A stretch of 64,000 nt of DNA from the NCBI GenBank assembly GCA_963747085.1, contig CAVVDX010000002.1:1756655-1820654 (forward strand). Direction: 5' to 3'. The DNA comes from an uncultured Actinomycetota bacterium. GTDB taxonomy: Bacteria; Actinomycetota; Acidimicrobiia; Acidimicrobiales; Bog-793. The notes beneath the pieces are model-generated. The model was not told the origin of the DNA, searched no databases, and was given only the letters and a program-made list of their open reading frames with translations. Below are positions 9,721 through 20,128 of the stretch, in pieces. Each line of letters opens with the position of its first letter. Within the stretch, counting starts at the first letter, position 1. Made by a program: the position numbers and the translations under genes.

Positions 9721-11619
9721 TCAGCCGGGCTGCGTCCCGCTCCCCGTCGCCAGCAGCGTCTCGTAGGGCCGCAGCTCGACCGTCGCCGAGCCGAGGGCCT
9801 CAGCGGGCGACGCGACGAACCCTGCGGGATCCAACGTGAAGCGCGCCGCGCCGGCGCTGTCCAGCCGCCGCGCCAGCAGCGGCCCGGCGAGGCCGGGGCC
9901 GGCGAGGCGGACGCTGCGCCGGCGCGGCGTGAGGTTGGCGACGAGCAGCTCGCAGCCCCGTGGCCCCTCGACGGCCAGCCCGACCACCGATGCAGAGTCG
10001 TCGGAGTGGCACGACAGCACCGGGTTCCCGCGGCTCGCCGCAACGCTGGTCAGCACGTGCAACAACGGCAGGGGCCGCCCCGGGATGGGCGGCGGCGCAC
10101 CCGGCAGCGGCGGGTCGGCGCTGCCGTGCACGAGCCCGCGCCATCCGGCGCACTCGAAGTAGGTGACCGAGGACGCTCCGCTCTCGGCGAGGTACTTGCA
10201 GCTCGCCGCGGTCCAGGCGGCGCCGAGCAGCGAGGCCTGGCGGGCATCGGCGGCCTCACCCGGCGCGAGGTCGCGCCGGCCGAGAACGCGGTTCTGCAAG
10301 AAGGTGACCGGCCCGACGTGCAGCTCGCGACCGGGCGCGAGAGCGTGGGCGCTGCGCGCCTGCTCGCCTTGCACCTCGGGCGTCTCGAGCACCGACTGGT
10401 CGTCGAAGGCGTGCACTTGGGGGTTGACCGCCCAGAAGATGCCGTCGACGCCCTCGAGGGGCGGCCAGCGCCGGTTCAGCTCGCAGAAGCCGATCGCGCT
10501 GCCCGCGGCGAGCGGCACGCCGGCCGGTAGCCGCGGCCGGAGGAGGGCGATCAGCTCCGGTGGCGTGGTCTCGCCCTCCGTGGCGCTGGCTCCGCCCGCC
10601 GCAACGACGAGCACCCGCGCCAACGGCGCGGCCGCCAGCGCGCCGGCGAGCAGCGACACCTCCTCACCATCGCGGGGGTCGACGTGCAGCGCCAGCTCGA
10701 GCAGGCAGCCGAGCTCGCGGCAGCTCGCCGCGGCGGCCTCGAGCGCGTCGAGCCAGCCCGGCGTCCCGACGGTCACGTCGAGGCGCAGGTGCGCCGGTGC
10801 GAGCAGGGTGAGTGCCGCAGTCGCCTCGCTCGGCACCCGCCCGCTCGACGGCAGCGCCGTGCCGACGTCGGGCACGACGGTGCCGAGGCGGTCGCCGACC
10901 TCGAGCGTCACGACGTCGGGGGGCCGGTGGCGGTGCGGCACACCGGCGACGCGGCAGGTGATCGCTTGGGAGATCCCCGCACCGGTTGCGAGGTGACGGG
11001 GACGCGGCGCGGCGAGCGGGGTGGAGTACGTCTTGAAGGACGCGTCGCTCCAGTTGCGCTGGTCCTCGGTCTCGAACAGGTCGCCCTCGAAGGAGAACGC
11101 CGCGCTCCCGCCGTCCAGGTAGTAGAGCGTGAGGCGGTCGACCGGCGGATGCACGGCGTACAGCACCCCGTCGATCGCCAGCTGCGGCTGGATCGTCTCC
11201 GAGAGCGTGCCCTCGACCTCGCCGGCGGGCCCGTGACCCTGGTACGCGGCGCCGGCCACGACGCGCCAGGGGTGCAGGATGCAGATCCCGATGCGGTTGT
11301 ACGCGAAATCGCAGCCGGCGCAAGCCTCGAGGGAGACACCGAGCGAACCGTCGGCGCGCAGGCGGTAGCGAGCGGTCCAGTCGAGCTCGATCCCCTCGCC
11401 GACGACGTCGGCCTCGACGAGGATCTCCAGGCCTTCGGGGTCCTCGCCGTCGCCGGCCTCGACCACGACGCGCCGAACCTCGGGGAGCACCGTGCTCCAG
11501 GTGGGCGTGCGCACGGCGACGTAGAGATGGTGGATCACCTCGGTGCCGTGGCAGCGGATGTTGCGCAACTCGGGGCCGTCGAGCAGCGCTCGCCACGGGC
11601 CCACGCGCAGCTCGATCAC
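9721..11619 (-). CDS. conserved hypothetical protein, 632 aa, function unknown
   Basis: Uninterrupted ORF. GTG at 11617-11619 is preceded by AGGAAGG. The composition is protein-like with no low-complexity runs. I recognise no diagnostic motif. Confidence 0.75.
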   Translation of the reverse strand: MIELRVGPWRALLDGPELRNIRCHGTEVIHHLYVAVRTPTWSTVLPEVRRVVVEAGDGEDPEGLEILVEADVVGEGIELDWTARYRLRADGSLGVSLEACAGCDFAYNRIGICILHPWRVVAGAAYQGHGPAGEVEGTLSETIQPQLAIDGVLYAVHPPVDRLTLYYLDGGSAAFSFEGDLFETEDQRNWSDASFKTYSTPLAAPRPRHLATGAGISQAITCRVAGVPHRHRPPDVVTLEVGDRLGTVVPDVGTALPSSGRVPSEATAALTLLAPAHLRLDVTVGTPGWLDALEAAAASCRELGCLLELALHVDPRDGEEVSLLAGALAAAPLARVLVVAAGGASATEGETTPPELIALLRPRLPAGVPLAAGSAIGFCELNRRWPPLEGVDGIFWAVNPQVHAFDDQSVLETPEVQGEQARSAHALAPGRELHVGPVTFLQNRVLGRRDLAPGEAADARQASLLGAAWTAASCKYLAESGASSVTYFECAGWRGLVHGSADPPLPGAPPPIPGRPLPLLHVLTSVAASRGNPVLSCHSDDSASVVGLAVEGPRGCELLVANLTPRRRSVRLAGPGLAGPLLARRLDSAGAARFTLDPAGFVASPAEALGSATVELRPYETLLATGSGTQPG

Positions 11620-11700
11620 GACGCCTTCCTAGTGGGCGACGTCGACCTCCGTCCAGCTCGTCCCGGGGTCGAGGGAACGCGCCAGTGCCATGATGGCGCC

Positions 11701-12705
11701 GTGACCTCGATCTTCCCCGCGAATTCGCATCGCAGCGCGCTCTGCCTCGCCGGTGTCGTCACACTCACGTTGACGAGCTGGGCCGCGAGCTCGACGGCGT
11801 GGTCCTGGACGAAGCGACTCGCTCTGGCGGACCGGGGCTCGTTCGACGCCGTCGCATGTGCGAGCGCCGAGTGGTGCGTCGCGCTCGTCGGGGGAGCCGC
11901 GACGGTGCGCCTCCACGGCGCGACGTGGTCGATGCCTGTGCCCGTCGAGCACGTCGCGGCGAGCGACGCCCCCTCCGCGCTCGCCTGCGTGAGCACGACG
12001 CGTTGCGTCACCTTCGACGGCCTCGGACGGGTCCTCACCTTCGACGGGCGACGCTGGTCGGAACCGGTGCTGCTCGAGCCGCCCTCGAGAGGCACGATCG
12101 ACGCCATCTCCTGTGCCGGGATCGCCTTCTGCGCCGTCGCCGACTCCAACGGCGACGCCTCGTTCTTCGACGGGAGACGGTGGAGCACGCTCGCGCCCGT
12201 GGCGGATTCGGGCGGGATCGCCGCCCTCTCCTGCCCTGCGGTCGGGTTGTGCTACGCGGTCGACAACCAGAGCGACGAGGTGTACCGCTACGCCCATCAC
12301 CGCTGGTCGATCTCGGCGCAGCTCAACCTCTCGACCCCCCAGGGAGGCTCGGAGCCGAACACCTTGAACGCGATCTCGTGCGGCACGCCGGAGCTCTGCC
12401 TTGCGCTCGACGACTTCGGCGATGCCTTCGTCTACGACGGGAGCTGGGCGGCAAGCCCGCACACCTTCGACAACATCCAGCTCGGCAACGACGAGGTGTC
12501 GTGCACCGCCGCCCGGCGCTGCGTGATCGTCGACGACAGCAACGACCTCGTCACCTATGACGACGGTTCCTGGAGCACACCGCGGCGCCTCGACACGTCG
12601 CGCGGACAGCTCGTGGACGTGTCCTGTGCGCCGGGAGCGCGAACGCGCTGCGTCGCCGTCGACGGGGGCGGCGGCTACTTCATCGGGGACAGTCCCCCCG
12701 CATGA
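11701..12705 (+). CDS. seven-repeat Cys-pair protein (beta-propeller-like), function unknown
   Basis: Seven units of about 40-45 aa follow the pattern (A/V)(I/V)SC-x4-6-C-x-A(V)D-x2-G-x4-(F/Y)DG-x2-WS. The start (GTG 11701) is uncertain, with no clear RBS and no obvious signal peptide. Confidence 0.6.
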   Translation: MTSIFPANSHRSALCLAGVVTLTLTSWAASSTAWSWTKRLALADRGSFDAVACASAEWCVALVGGAATVRLHGATWSMPVPVEHVAASDAPSALACVSTTRCVTFDGLGRVLTFDGRRWSEPVLLEPPSRGTIDAISCAGIAFCAVADSNGDASFFDGRRWSTLAPVADSGGIAALSCPAVGLCYAVDNQSDEVYRYAHHRWSISAQLNLSTPQGGSEPNTLNAISCGTPELCLALDDFGDAFVYDGSWAASPHTFDNIQLGNDEVSCTAARRCVIVDDSNDLVTYDDGSWSTPRRLDTSRGQLVDVSCAPGARTRCVAVDGGGGYFIGDSPPA

Positions 12706-12792
12706 GGACGGCGCTCCCCGGGCGGCGAGCGAGCGCACGAGTCGCTCGCGGGGCAGGATGTGTGTCCAGCCACCGCCGAGGAGACGAGCCGC

Positions 12793-14012
12793 ATGACGAC
12801 ACGGCAGCCGGGCTCGAGCCGAGCTGACGGCGCGGTGCTCGGCTCCGCGGCGTTCGGCGACGGATCGTCCGCTGTCAGAGACGGCCGTCCGCCCAGCGAC
12901 GTGCCGAGGATCGGCGTGCGCGGCGTTCTCCTCGCCAGCTGGCGCGACCTGCAGTGGAGGACGCGCCGTTTCCTGCTCGGCGCCCTCGCCACCGGGCTGA
13001 TCCTCGGGCTGGCGTTGATGGTGAGCGGCATCGCGAACAGCTTCTCGGTGGAGATCGACGACACCGTGGGGTCGCTCGGGGCTGCGACGTGGCTGGTGCC
13101 CGACGGCAGCCCCGGCCCGTTCACCGCGTCGCGGCCCTTCCCGGTGGGCGACGTGGCTGCCATCGCCAAGCTGCCCGGGATGGGCACGGCCGCCCCGCTC
13201 CTGGTCGGGCTCGGTGCCGCAGACCCGGCGCCTGCCGAGCCCGGGACGAGCCCCACCGGCGCGCACGGCTTCGCCTCGGACAAGGACGTCAACCTGCTCG
13301 GCGTGCTCCCCGGCCGGCTCGGCTCGCCGGTCGTCGTCGACGGCAGGGGCCTCTCCGGTCCCGGGCAAGTGGTCGCCGACACGAGCCTCGGAGCCCCGCT
13401 CGGGCGCACGATCCGCATCGACGGCGAGCCCTTCAGGGTCGTCGGTCTCGTGCACGGGGTGACCTACTTCGCCGGGGAACCGGTCGTCTTCATGGACATC
13501 CACTCCCTCGATCGCCTCGTCGCCGGCGCGCCCGTCGCCTCCGCCGTCCTCGTCAGGGGCGCAACGGCCACGGTGGTTCCCGGCTTCACCTCCCTCGACG
13601 TCGCGCAGGTACGGGCCGACCTCAACCGGCCGGTCGCGCAGGCCGAGCAAACCCTGAAGCTGATCCAGGTCCTGCTGTGGCTCGTCGCAGCCGGGATCAT
13701 CGCCGCCATCGCCTACCTCTCCGCCCTCGAGCGGCGGGGTGACTTCGCCGTGCTGAAGGCCGTGGGGACCCCGAGCTCGAGCCTCTTCCTCGGCCTCGTC
13801 CTGCAGGCGCTCCTGCTCGCGTGCGTGGCGGCCGCCGTCGGCTTCGCCGTCGAGGTCGCCGTCTCGCCCGCCTCGGCGATGGCGGTGCGGGTCTCGGGCA
13901 CGGACTACGCCGCCTTGCCGATCGTCGCCGTGCTCGTCGGCCTCGCTGCCGGCATCCTGCCGGCGCGGCGAGCAGCGAGCGTCGACCCGGCCCTCGCCTT
14001 CGGAGGCGGGCG

Positions 14013-14016
<4 letters not shown>
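12793..14016 (+). CDS. ABC transporter permease, FtsX/MacB type
   Basis: ATG 12793 follows GAGGAG. GTG 12760 is an alternative start. The layout is an N-terminal TM, a large periplasmic-like domain and a C-terminal FtsX-like TM bundle ([17 protein letters not shown]). Confidence 0.85.
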
Positions 14017-15011
<995 letters not shown>

Positions 15012-15142
15012 ATCCCGGAGAGGCGCGGTCCCGCCCCGGCCACCAGGACCACCCCGCCGCCGCACCGGCTGGGCGCCGGCGCGTGGCGGACGGTAGGTTC
15101 GTCCCTCGCGAGACGGAGCGGTCTCCCGAAAGGAGCACGGAC

Positions 15143-16945
15143 ATGGTGAACGAGGGCGAAGGGCGCGTCGCGCTGCGCAGCCGGCAGTGGTTCGACGATC
15201 CGGACAACCCCGGAATGAGCGCCATCTACCTCGAGCGCTACATGAACTACGGGTTCACCCGCGAGGAGCTGCAGTCGGGCAAGCCGATCATCGGCATCGC
15301 CCAGACCGGCTCGGATCTCTCGCCGTGCAATCGCCACCACCTCGCGCTGGCGACCCGCGTGCGCGAAGGCATCCGCGAGGCAGGCGGCATCGCGCTCGAG
15401 TTCCCGGTGCACCCCATCCAGGAGACCGGCAAGCGTCCGACCGCCGCACTGGATCGCAACCTCGCCTACCTGAGCCTCGTCGAGGTGCTCTACGGCTACC
15501 CGCTCGACGGCGTCGTGCTGACCGTCGGATGCGACAAGACGGTGCCCGCCTGCATCATGGCAGCGGCGACGGTCGACATCCCCGCCATCGTCCTCTCCGG
15601 CGGCCCGATGCTCTCGGGCTGGCTCGACGGCGAGCGCATGGGCTCGGGCACCACGGTGTGGAAGGCGCGCGAGCTCCTCGCCACCGGAGAGATCGACGCC
15701 GCCACCTTCGTCGAGCGCGTCGCCGCGTCGGCGCCGTCCGCGGGCCACTGCAACACGATGGGCACGGCGACGACGATGAACTCGCTCGCCGAGGCGCTCG
15801 GCATGAGCCTGCCCGGCTGCGCTGCGATCCCCGCGCCGCACCGTGACCGCGCCCGGATCGCGTATCTGAGCGGCAAGCGGATCGTCGATATGGTCAACTC
15901 GGACCTGCGCCCCTCCGACATCCTCACCCGAGAGGCGTTCGAGAACGCCATCGTCGTCGCCTCGGCGATCGGCGGCTCGACGAATGCGCCGATCCACCTC
16001 GTCGCGATCGCCCGCCACGCCGGTGTGCCGCTCGAGATCGAGGACTTCCAACGCATCGGGTTCGACGTGCCCTGCATCGTCGACCTGCAGCCGACCGGCA
16101 GGTTCCTCGGCGAGGACTACCACCGCGCCGGAGGGGTGCCCGCCGTGGTCAACGAGCTGATGCGCCACGGGCTGATCCACGAGGACGCGCTCACCGTCAA
16201 CGGCAAGACGATCGGTGAGAACTGTCGCGAGCACCCCTCGAACGACCGCGAGGTGATCCGCACCTTCGAGAACACGCTCGTCGAGAACGCCGGGTTCATG
16301 ATCCTGCACGGCAACCTGTTCGACAGCGCCGTGATGAAGACGAGCGGGATCTCCGCGGAGTTCCGCGACCGCTACCTCTGCGACCCCGACCACCCCAACG
16401 TCCTCGACGGCCGGGCGATCGTCTTCGAGGGCCCCGAGGACTACCACGCGCGCATCGACGACCCCTCCCTCGAGATCGACGAGCACTGCTTGCTGTTCAT
16501 CCGCGGCGCCGGCCCGCTCGGCTACCCGGGTGGCGCCGAGGTCGTGAACATGCAGCCGCCGGCCGCCCTGATCAAGCAGGGCGTGCACTCACTGCCCTGC
16601 ATCGGCGACGGACGGCAGTCGGGAACGTCCGGCTCGCCATCGATCCTCAACGCCTCGCCGGAGGCGGCCGCGGGAGGAGGGCTCGCGCTGTTGCGCACGG
16701 GGGACCACGTCCGCATCGACCTGAACGCCCGCACCGCCGACGTGCTGGTCGACGAGGAGGAGCTGACCGCACGCCGCAAGGCGCTGGCCGACGCCGGCGG
16801 CTTTCCTGTGCCCGCCTCCCAGACACCCTGGCAGGAGATCCAGCGCGAGATCGTCGAGCAGCTCTCCGAGGGGATGGTGCTGCAGCCGGCGGTCAAGTAC
16901 CAGCGGGTCGCCGAGACCAAGGGCGTGCCGCGGCACAGCCACTGA
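15143..16945 (+). CDS. IlvD/Edd-family dehydratase (sugar-acid dehydratase-like)
   Basis: ATG follows AAGGAG. Motifs [24 protein letters not shown] and [10 protein letters not shown]. 600 aa. I discount the upstream 330 codons of the 934-aa track ORF. Confidence 0.95.
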   Translation: MVNEGEGRVALRSRQWFDDPDNPGMSAIYLERYMNYGFTREELQSGKPIIGIAQTGSDLSPCNRHHLALATRVREGIREAGGIALEFPVHPIQETGKRPTAALDRNLAYLSLVEVLYGYPLDGVVLTVGCDKTVPACIMAAATVDIPAIVLSGGPMLSGWLDGERMGSGTTVWKARELLATGEIDAATFVERVAASAPSAGHCNTMGTATTMNSLAEALGMSLPGCAAIPAPHRDRARIAYLSGKRIVDMVNSDLRPSDILTREAFENAIVVASAIGGSTNAPIHLVAIARHAGVPLEIEDFQRIGFDVPCIVDLQPTGRFLGEDYHRAGGVPAVVNELMRHGLIHEDALTVNGKTIGENCREHPSNDREVIRTFENTLVENAGFMILHGNLFDSAVMKTSGISAEFRDRYLCDPDHPNVLDGRAIVFEGPEDYHARIDDPSLEIDEHCLLFIRGAGPLGYPGGAEVVNMQPPAALIKQGVHSLPCIGDGRQSGTSGSPSILNASPEAAAGGGLALLRTGDHVRIDLNARTADVLVDEEELTARRKALADAGGFPVPASQTPWQEIQREIVEQLSEGMVLQPAVKYQRVAETKGVPRHSH

Positions 16946-17123
16946 GCTGTGACAGCCACCGGCTTCTGAACTCGGCAGCGCGACCGAGCGGCGCGAGCAC
17001 AGGCGAGCACAGCCGCCAGCGGTAACACGCAAATCGGCGAAAGAGCACGGCGATGAGCCGTTTTCAAACGCTCGGAGCGGTCCGCGCTGGACGACGTGCA
17101 CGTCCTTGTTGAGGACAAGCTGC

Positions 17124-17153
17124 TTGCGAATTTGGGAGGGTGCGTAGTACAAT
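17124..17153 (+). promoter_or_regulatory. sigma-70-like promoter candidate (TTGCGA-18 nt-TACAAT)
   Basis: TTGCGA at 17124-17129 and TACAAT at 17148-17153, inside a 618-bp lower-GC intergenic region upstream of the FN3 gene. This is pattern match only. Confidence 0.3.
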
Positions 17154-17563
17154 CGCGGGGAAACGAGGGTGTCACGCCTTCCCGCGTTTGTAGCTGCTCG
17201 GGACCCCGGTGGCTCTGCCAAGTCCGGCAGGGGCGAGTTAGCCGGCGAATCATGTTCCTTCGAGCGCATATTGATCTCGGCGAACCATTGCCGAGCTACC
17301 TGGGTCCACTGCCTGAGGCGCATGAGCTGCGCTTCGATCCCGCCCTCCGCACGGCTCGCGAGGTCGCGTCACGTGGTGCAGCGAGCCCGTCTGCTCGGGA
17401 CGTGACCACAGCGAGCAGCGAGCGTCCGCTTCCCCATCAAGCACCAGCGGTCGGCGCGCGCCATCGAACGGTTCGGAGGCGATCCCAACTCGGCAGATGC
17501 GCCCCAGCCGACGTGCAGATCGTGTCCCAAGAACACGCAGCAAGCGCGTAAGGAGGTCTGTTC

Positions 17564-19144
17564 ATGATGAATCCTCGATATCGCACGAGTCGTAGAGGTG
17601 CCGTCGTTCTCCTCGCTGCGGGGATCATGCTGTCAGCCGGCGTGGGCGCGGCGATCGCCGCAGCGGCAGCAGCAGCCCCGACGGCGACGACCGGCGACGT
17701 CGCGTCGGTTCTGCCCACCTCGGCCGTGGTCACCGGGACCGTCAACCCGAACGGCTCGGTGACGACGTGGCACTTCGAGTACAGCCTCAGCTCGGCCACG
17801 AGCTACACCTCGAGCACGACCGCACAGAGCGCCGGAGCGGGGACGACCGACGTCGGTGTCACCGCGACGCTGTCGGGCCTTGTGCCTTCGACGAACTACC
17901 GCTACCGCATCGTGGCGACGAACAGCGCCGGCACGACCGACGGCGCGGCCGGCCTGCTCACGACGTCTGCGACTCCCGTCACCACGACGACGCCCCCCCA
18001 CGTGGCGCCGAGCGTCACGACCGGCCACGTCGCCTCGGTGACGCCCATCTCGGCCGTGGTCACCGGGACCGTCAACCCCAACGGCTCGGCGACGACCTGG
18101 CGCTTTGAGTACAGCCTCGGGTCGGCGACGAGCTACACCTCGAGCACAGCAGCCGAGAGCGCCGGAGCGGGAACGACCAACGTCGCGGTCAGCGCGACGC
18201 TGACCGGGCTTGCTCCTGCCACGAGCTACATCTACCGGATCGTCGCCACCAACAGCACCGCCACGACCTACGGCGCGGCCGGCGTCGTCGACACCTCCGC
18301 CGCGCCCACGGTCGTCACACAGGCTGCGAGCAACGTTGCGACCTCCTCGGCGGATCTGAATGCCGTCGTCAACCCCGAGGCCCTGGCCACCAGCTGGTAC
18401 TTCGAGTACGGGACGACGACGAGCTACGGATCGAGTACCGCAGCAACGGCAATGGCGGCAGGCCCGAACAACTCGAGCGTGAGCGTCACCATCTCTGACC
18501 TCACACCGCGGACCACGTATGACTTCCGCATCGTGGCAACGAGCAGGGCGGGGACGAGCTACGGCTCCAACCTGAGCTTCATCACCGGGCTCTCGGTCAC
18601 CCTCAACACCTCGAGGCCCACCGTCGTCTACGGCAGCTCGCTCAACCTCTCGGGCACCGTCACGAGCGGACAATCCGGTCAGCAGGTCACCATCGAAATG
18701 GAGCAGTACAACCAGACTGCCTTCTCCGGCATCGCGACAGTCGTCACCGGCAGTGGTGGCAACTGGAGCTACTCGACAAAGCCGACGGTGCGCTCGAGCT
18801 ACGAGGCTGTGGCTGGTGGCGGAACGAGCTCACCGCTCGTCGTCAGCGTGCGCCCGCAAGTGTTCTTGAGTGAATTGCACGGCGGGCTCCTCTCCACGCG
18901 GGTCGTCGCTGGATCGAGCTTTGCTTCTCACGTCCTGCAGCTGCAGCGGTTCTCGAGCGGCCTCTGGGTGACCTGGAAGCACGTCCGCCTGAACAGCAAC
19001 GCCGGCGCCGTGTTCGCCACGAGACTGCCAGTCGGCCGGACGCTGATCCGCATGGCGATCGGTCCGTTCGTCGTTGGCATCGATCAAGCAGCACCGGGTT
19101 ACCTCGCGGGGTACAGCCCCACGGTCAGCTATTCCCGGACGTAG
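17564..19144 (+). CDS. secreted protein with three FN3-like repeats
   Basis: AAGGAGG RBS. The signal-like N-terminus is RRGAVVLLAAGIMLSAGVGAAIAAAAAAA. The module GTVNPNG..T.W.FEY....SY...T......G....V...L.GL.P.T.Y.YRIVATN occurs three times. Confidence 0.9.
   Translation: MMNPRYRTSRRGAVVLLAAGIMLSAGVGAAIAAAAAAAPTATTGDVASVLPTSAVVTGTVNPNGSVTTWHFEYSLSSATSYTSSTTAQSAGAGTTDVGVTATLSGLVPSTNYRYRIVATNSAGTTDGAAGLLTTSATPVTTTTPPHVAPSVTTGHVASVTPISAVVTGTVNPNGSATTWRFEYSLGSATSYTSSTAAESAGAGTTNVAVSATLTGLAPATSYIYRIVATNSTATTYGAAGVVDTSAAPTVVTQAASNVATSSADLNAVVNPEALATSWYFEYGTTTSYGSSTAATAMAAGPNNSSVSVTISDLTPRTTYDFRIVATSRAGTSYGSNLSFITGLSVTLNTSRPTVVYGSSLNLSGTVTSGQSGQQVTIEMEQYNQTAFSGIATVVTGSGGNWSYSTKPTVRSSYEAVAGGGTSSPLVVSVRPQVFLSELHGGLLSTRVVAGSSFASHVLQLQRFSSGLWVTWKHVRLNSNAGAVFATRLPVGRTLIRMAIGPFVVGIDQAAPGYLAGYSPTVSYSRT
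17690..18300 (+). repeat. 330-bp in-frame tandem duplication inside the FN3 gene
   Basis: cggccgtggtcaccgggaccgtcaacc occurs at 17721 and again at 18051, an offset of 330 bp or 110 codons. Long stretches of the two copies are near-identical at the DNA level. Confidence 0.85.
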
Positions 19145-19311
19145 TCGAGAGGAGTGCCCGGAGCGGGCGAAACCGAGGAGGCCTCAGTCGGACGGTTCCA
19201 CAGCCCAGAACAGGCCGGCGTGAAACGCCATACCCCCGTATTCGGCAAGGATCGGACGGTGCTGCCTCGCTTGAGCGCCGCGGCGACGATCGAGACACGA
19301 GGCGGCGATGC

Positions 19312-19917
19312 TCACTCCGGGCGCTCGGGTTCAGCCGGCGGCGCTTCCGGCGCGTCGTCGCGCCCGGGCGGCTGGCGACCCACGAGCACCATGAACGACG
19401 CCACGACGCCGGTGTCCCTGCCCCCGACGAGCTCCCAGGACCGGGCGATGCCGATCAGGACCGAGGCGACCAGGATGTAGCTGATCCCTTGCAGCGCGTC
19501 GCTGTCGCGGGGATTGGCGAGCAGCATGAAGCCTTGGACGACCTCGACGCCGAAGACGACGAAGAGGAAGCTCGTCAGCACGAGGTGCGGCACCGAGCGG
19601 GTCGCGCCCGGGCGCGGACTCCCGCGTAAGCTGAGCAGCGACCGCAACGCTGCTGCGCTGAAGAGCAGGCCGATCAGACCGACCACCACGGCCGGGTAGC
19701 CCACGTCCGTGCCCGGAACGAGGCTGAACAGCGAGACCGTCAAGGCGTTCACGAACGAGAGCAGCGCGGCGGCGGCGCTGACCTCTCGCGCCACCCGACG
19801 CAGCGAGGAGGCGTCGGCGCGCTCGGCGACGGTGACCGCGACGAAGAGCAGCCCGGCGAGCGAGGCTGCGGAACTCGCGATGGCTGTGAAGAGATCCCGG
19901 AACCCTCCGACGAGCAT
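19312..19917 (-). CDS. hypothetical integral membrane protein
   Basis: 201 aa from the ATG at 19915-19917, with about 5 hydrophobic helices (LAGLLFVAVTV, LLSFVNALTVSLFSLV, VVVGLIGLLFSAAAL, LVLTSFLFVVFGV, ISYILVASVLIGI). No family recognised. Confidence 0.6.
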   Translation of the reverse strand: MLVGGFRDLFTAIASSAASLAGLLFVAVTVAERADASSLRRVAREVSAAAALLSFVNALTVSLFSLVPGTDVGYPAVVVGLIGLLFSAAALRSLLSLRGSPRPGATRSVPHLVLTSFLFVVFGVEVVQGFMLLANPRDSDALQGISYILVASVLIGIARSWELVGGRDTGVVASFMVLVGRQPPGRDDAPEAPPAEPERPE

Positions 19918-20128
19918 CGAGCTCCGACTGTACCGGGCCTCCTCGGCGCGCCCCGAACGACGACGTAACCCGCCGGCGACGACGCTGTGAAGGCCGTCGG
20001 CGTGCCAACAATCCGGGCGGCGACCCGAGCTTCCGCCCGCGGCCGGTGCGCCGCGGCGTGCCCCTCCGCCGGGCACCGAGCGGGCGGTTTGACAACCTCA
20101 TCCGGTGTTGGTTGACTCACGGTATCTG

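Noticed and set aside
16589-17323. 244-aa minus-strand ORF in the long intergenic region (…IEAQLMRLRQWTQVARQWFAEINMRSKEH…)
   Set aside because: Its helical-looking start is tempting. However, the frame has no stop until 350 nt inside the dehydratase gene on the other strand, no RBS, and junk-like composition downstream. I treat it as non-coding.
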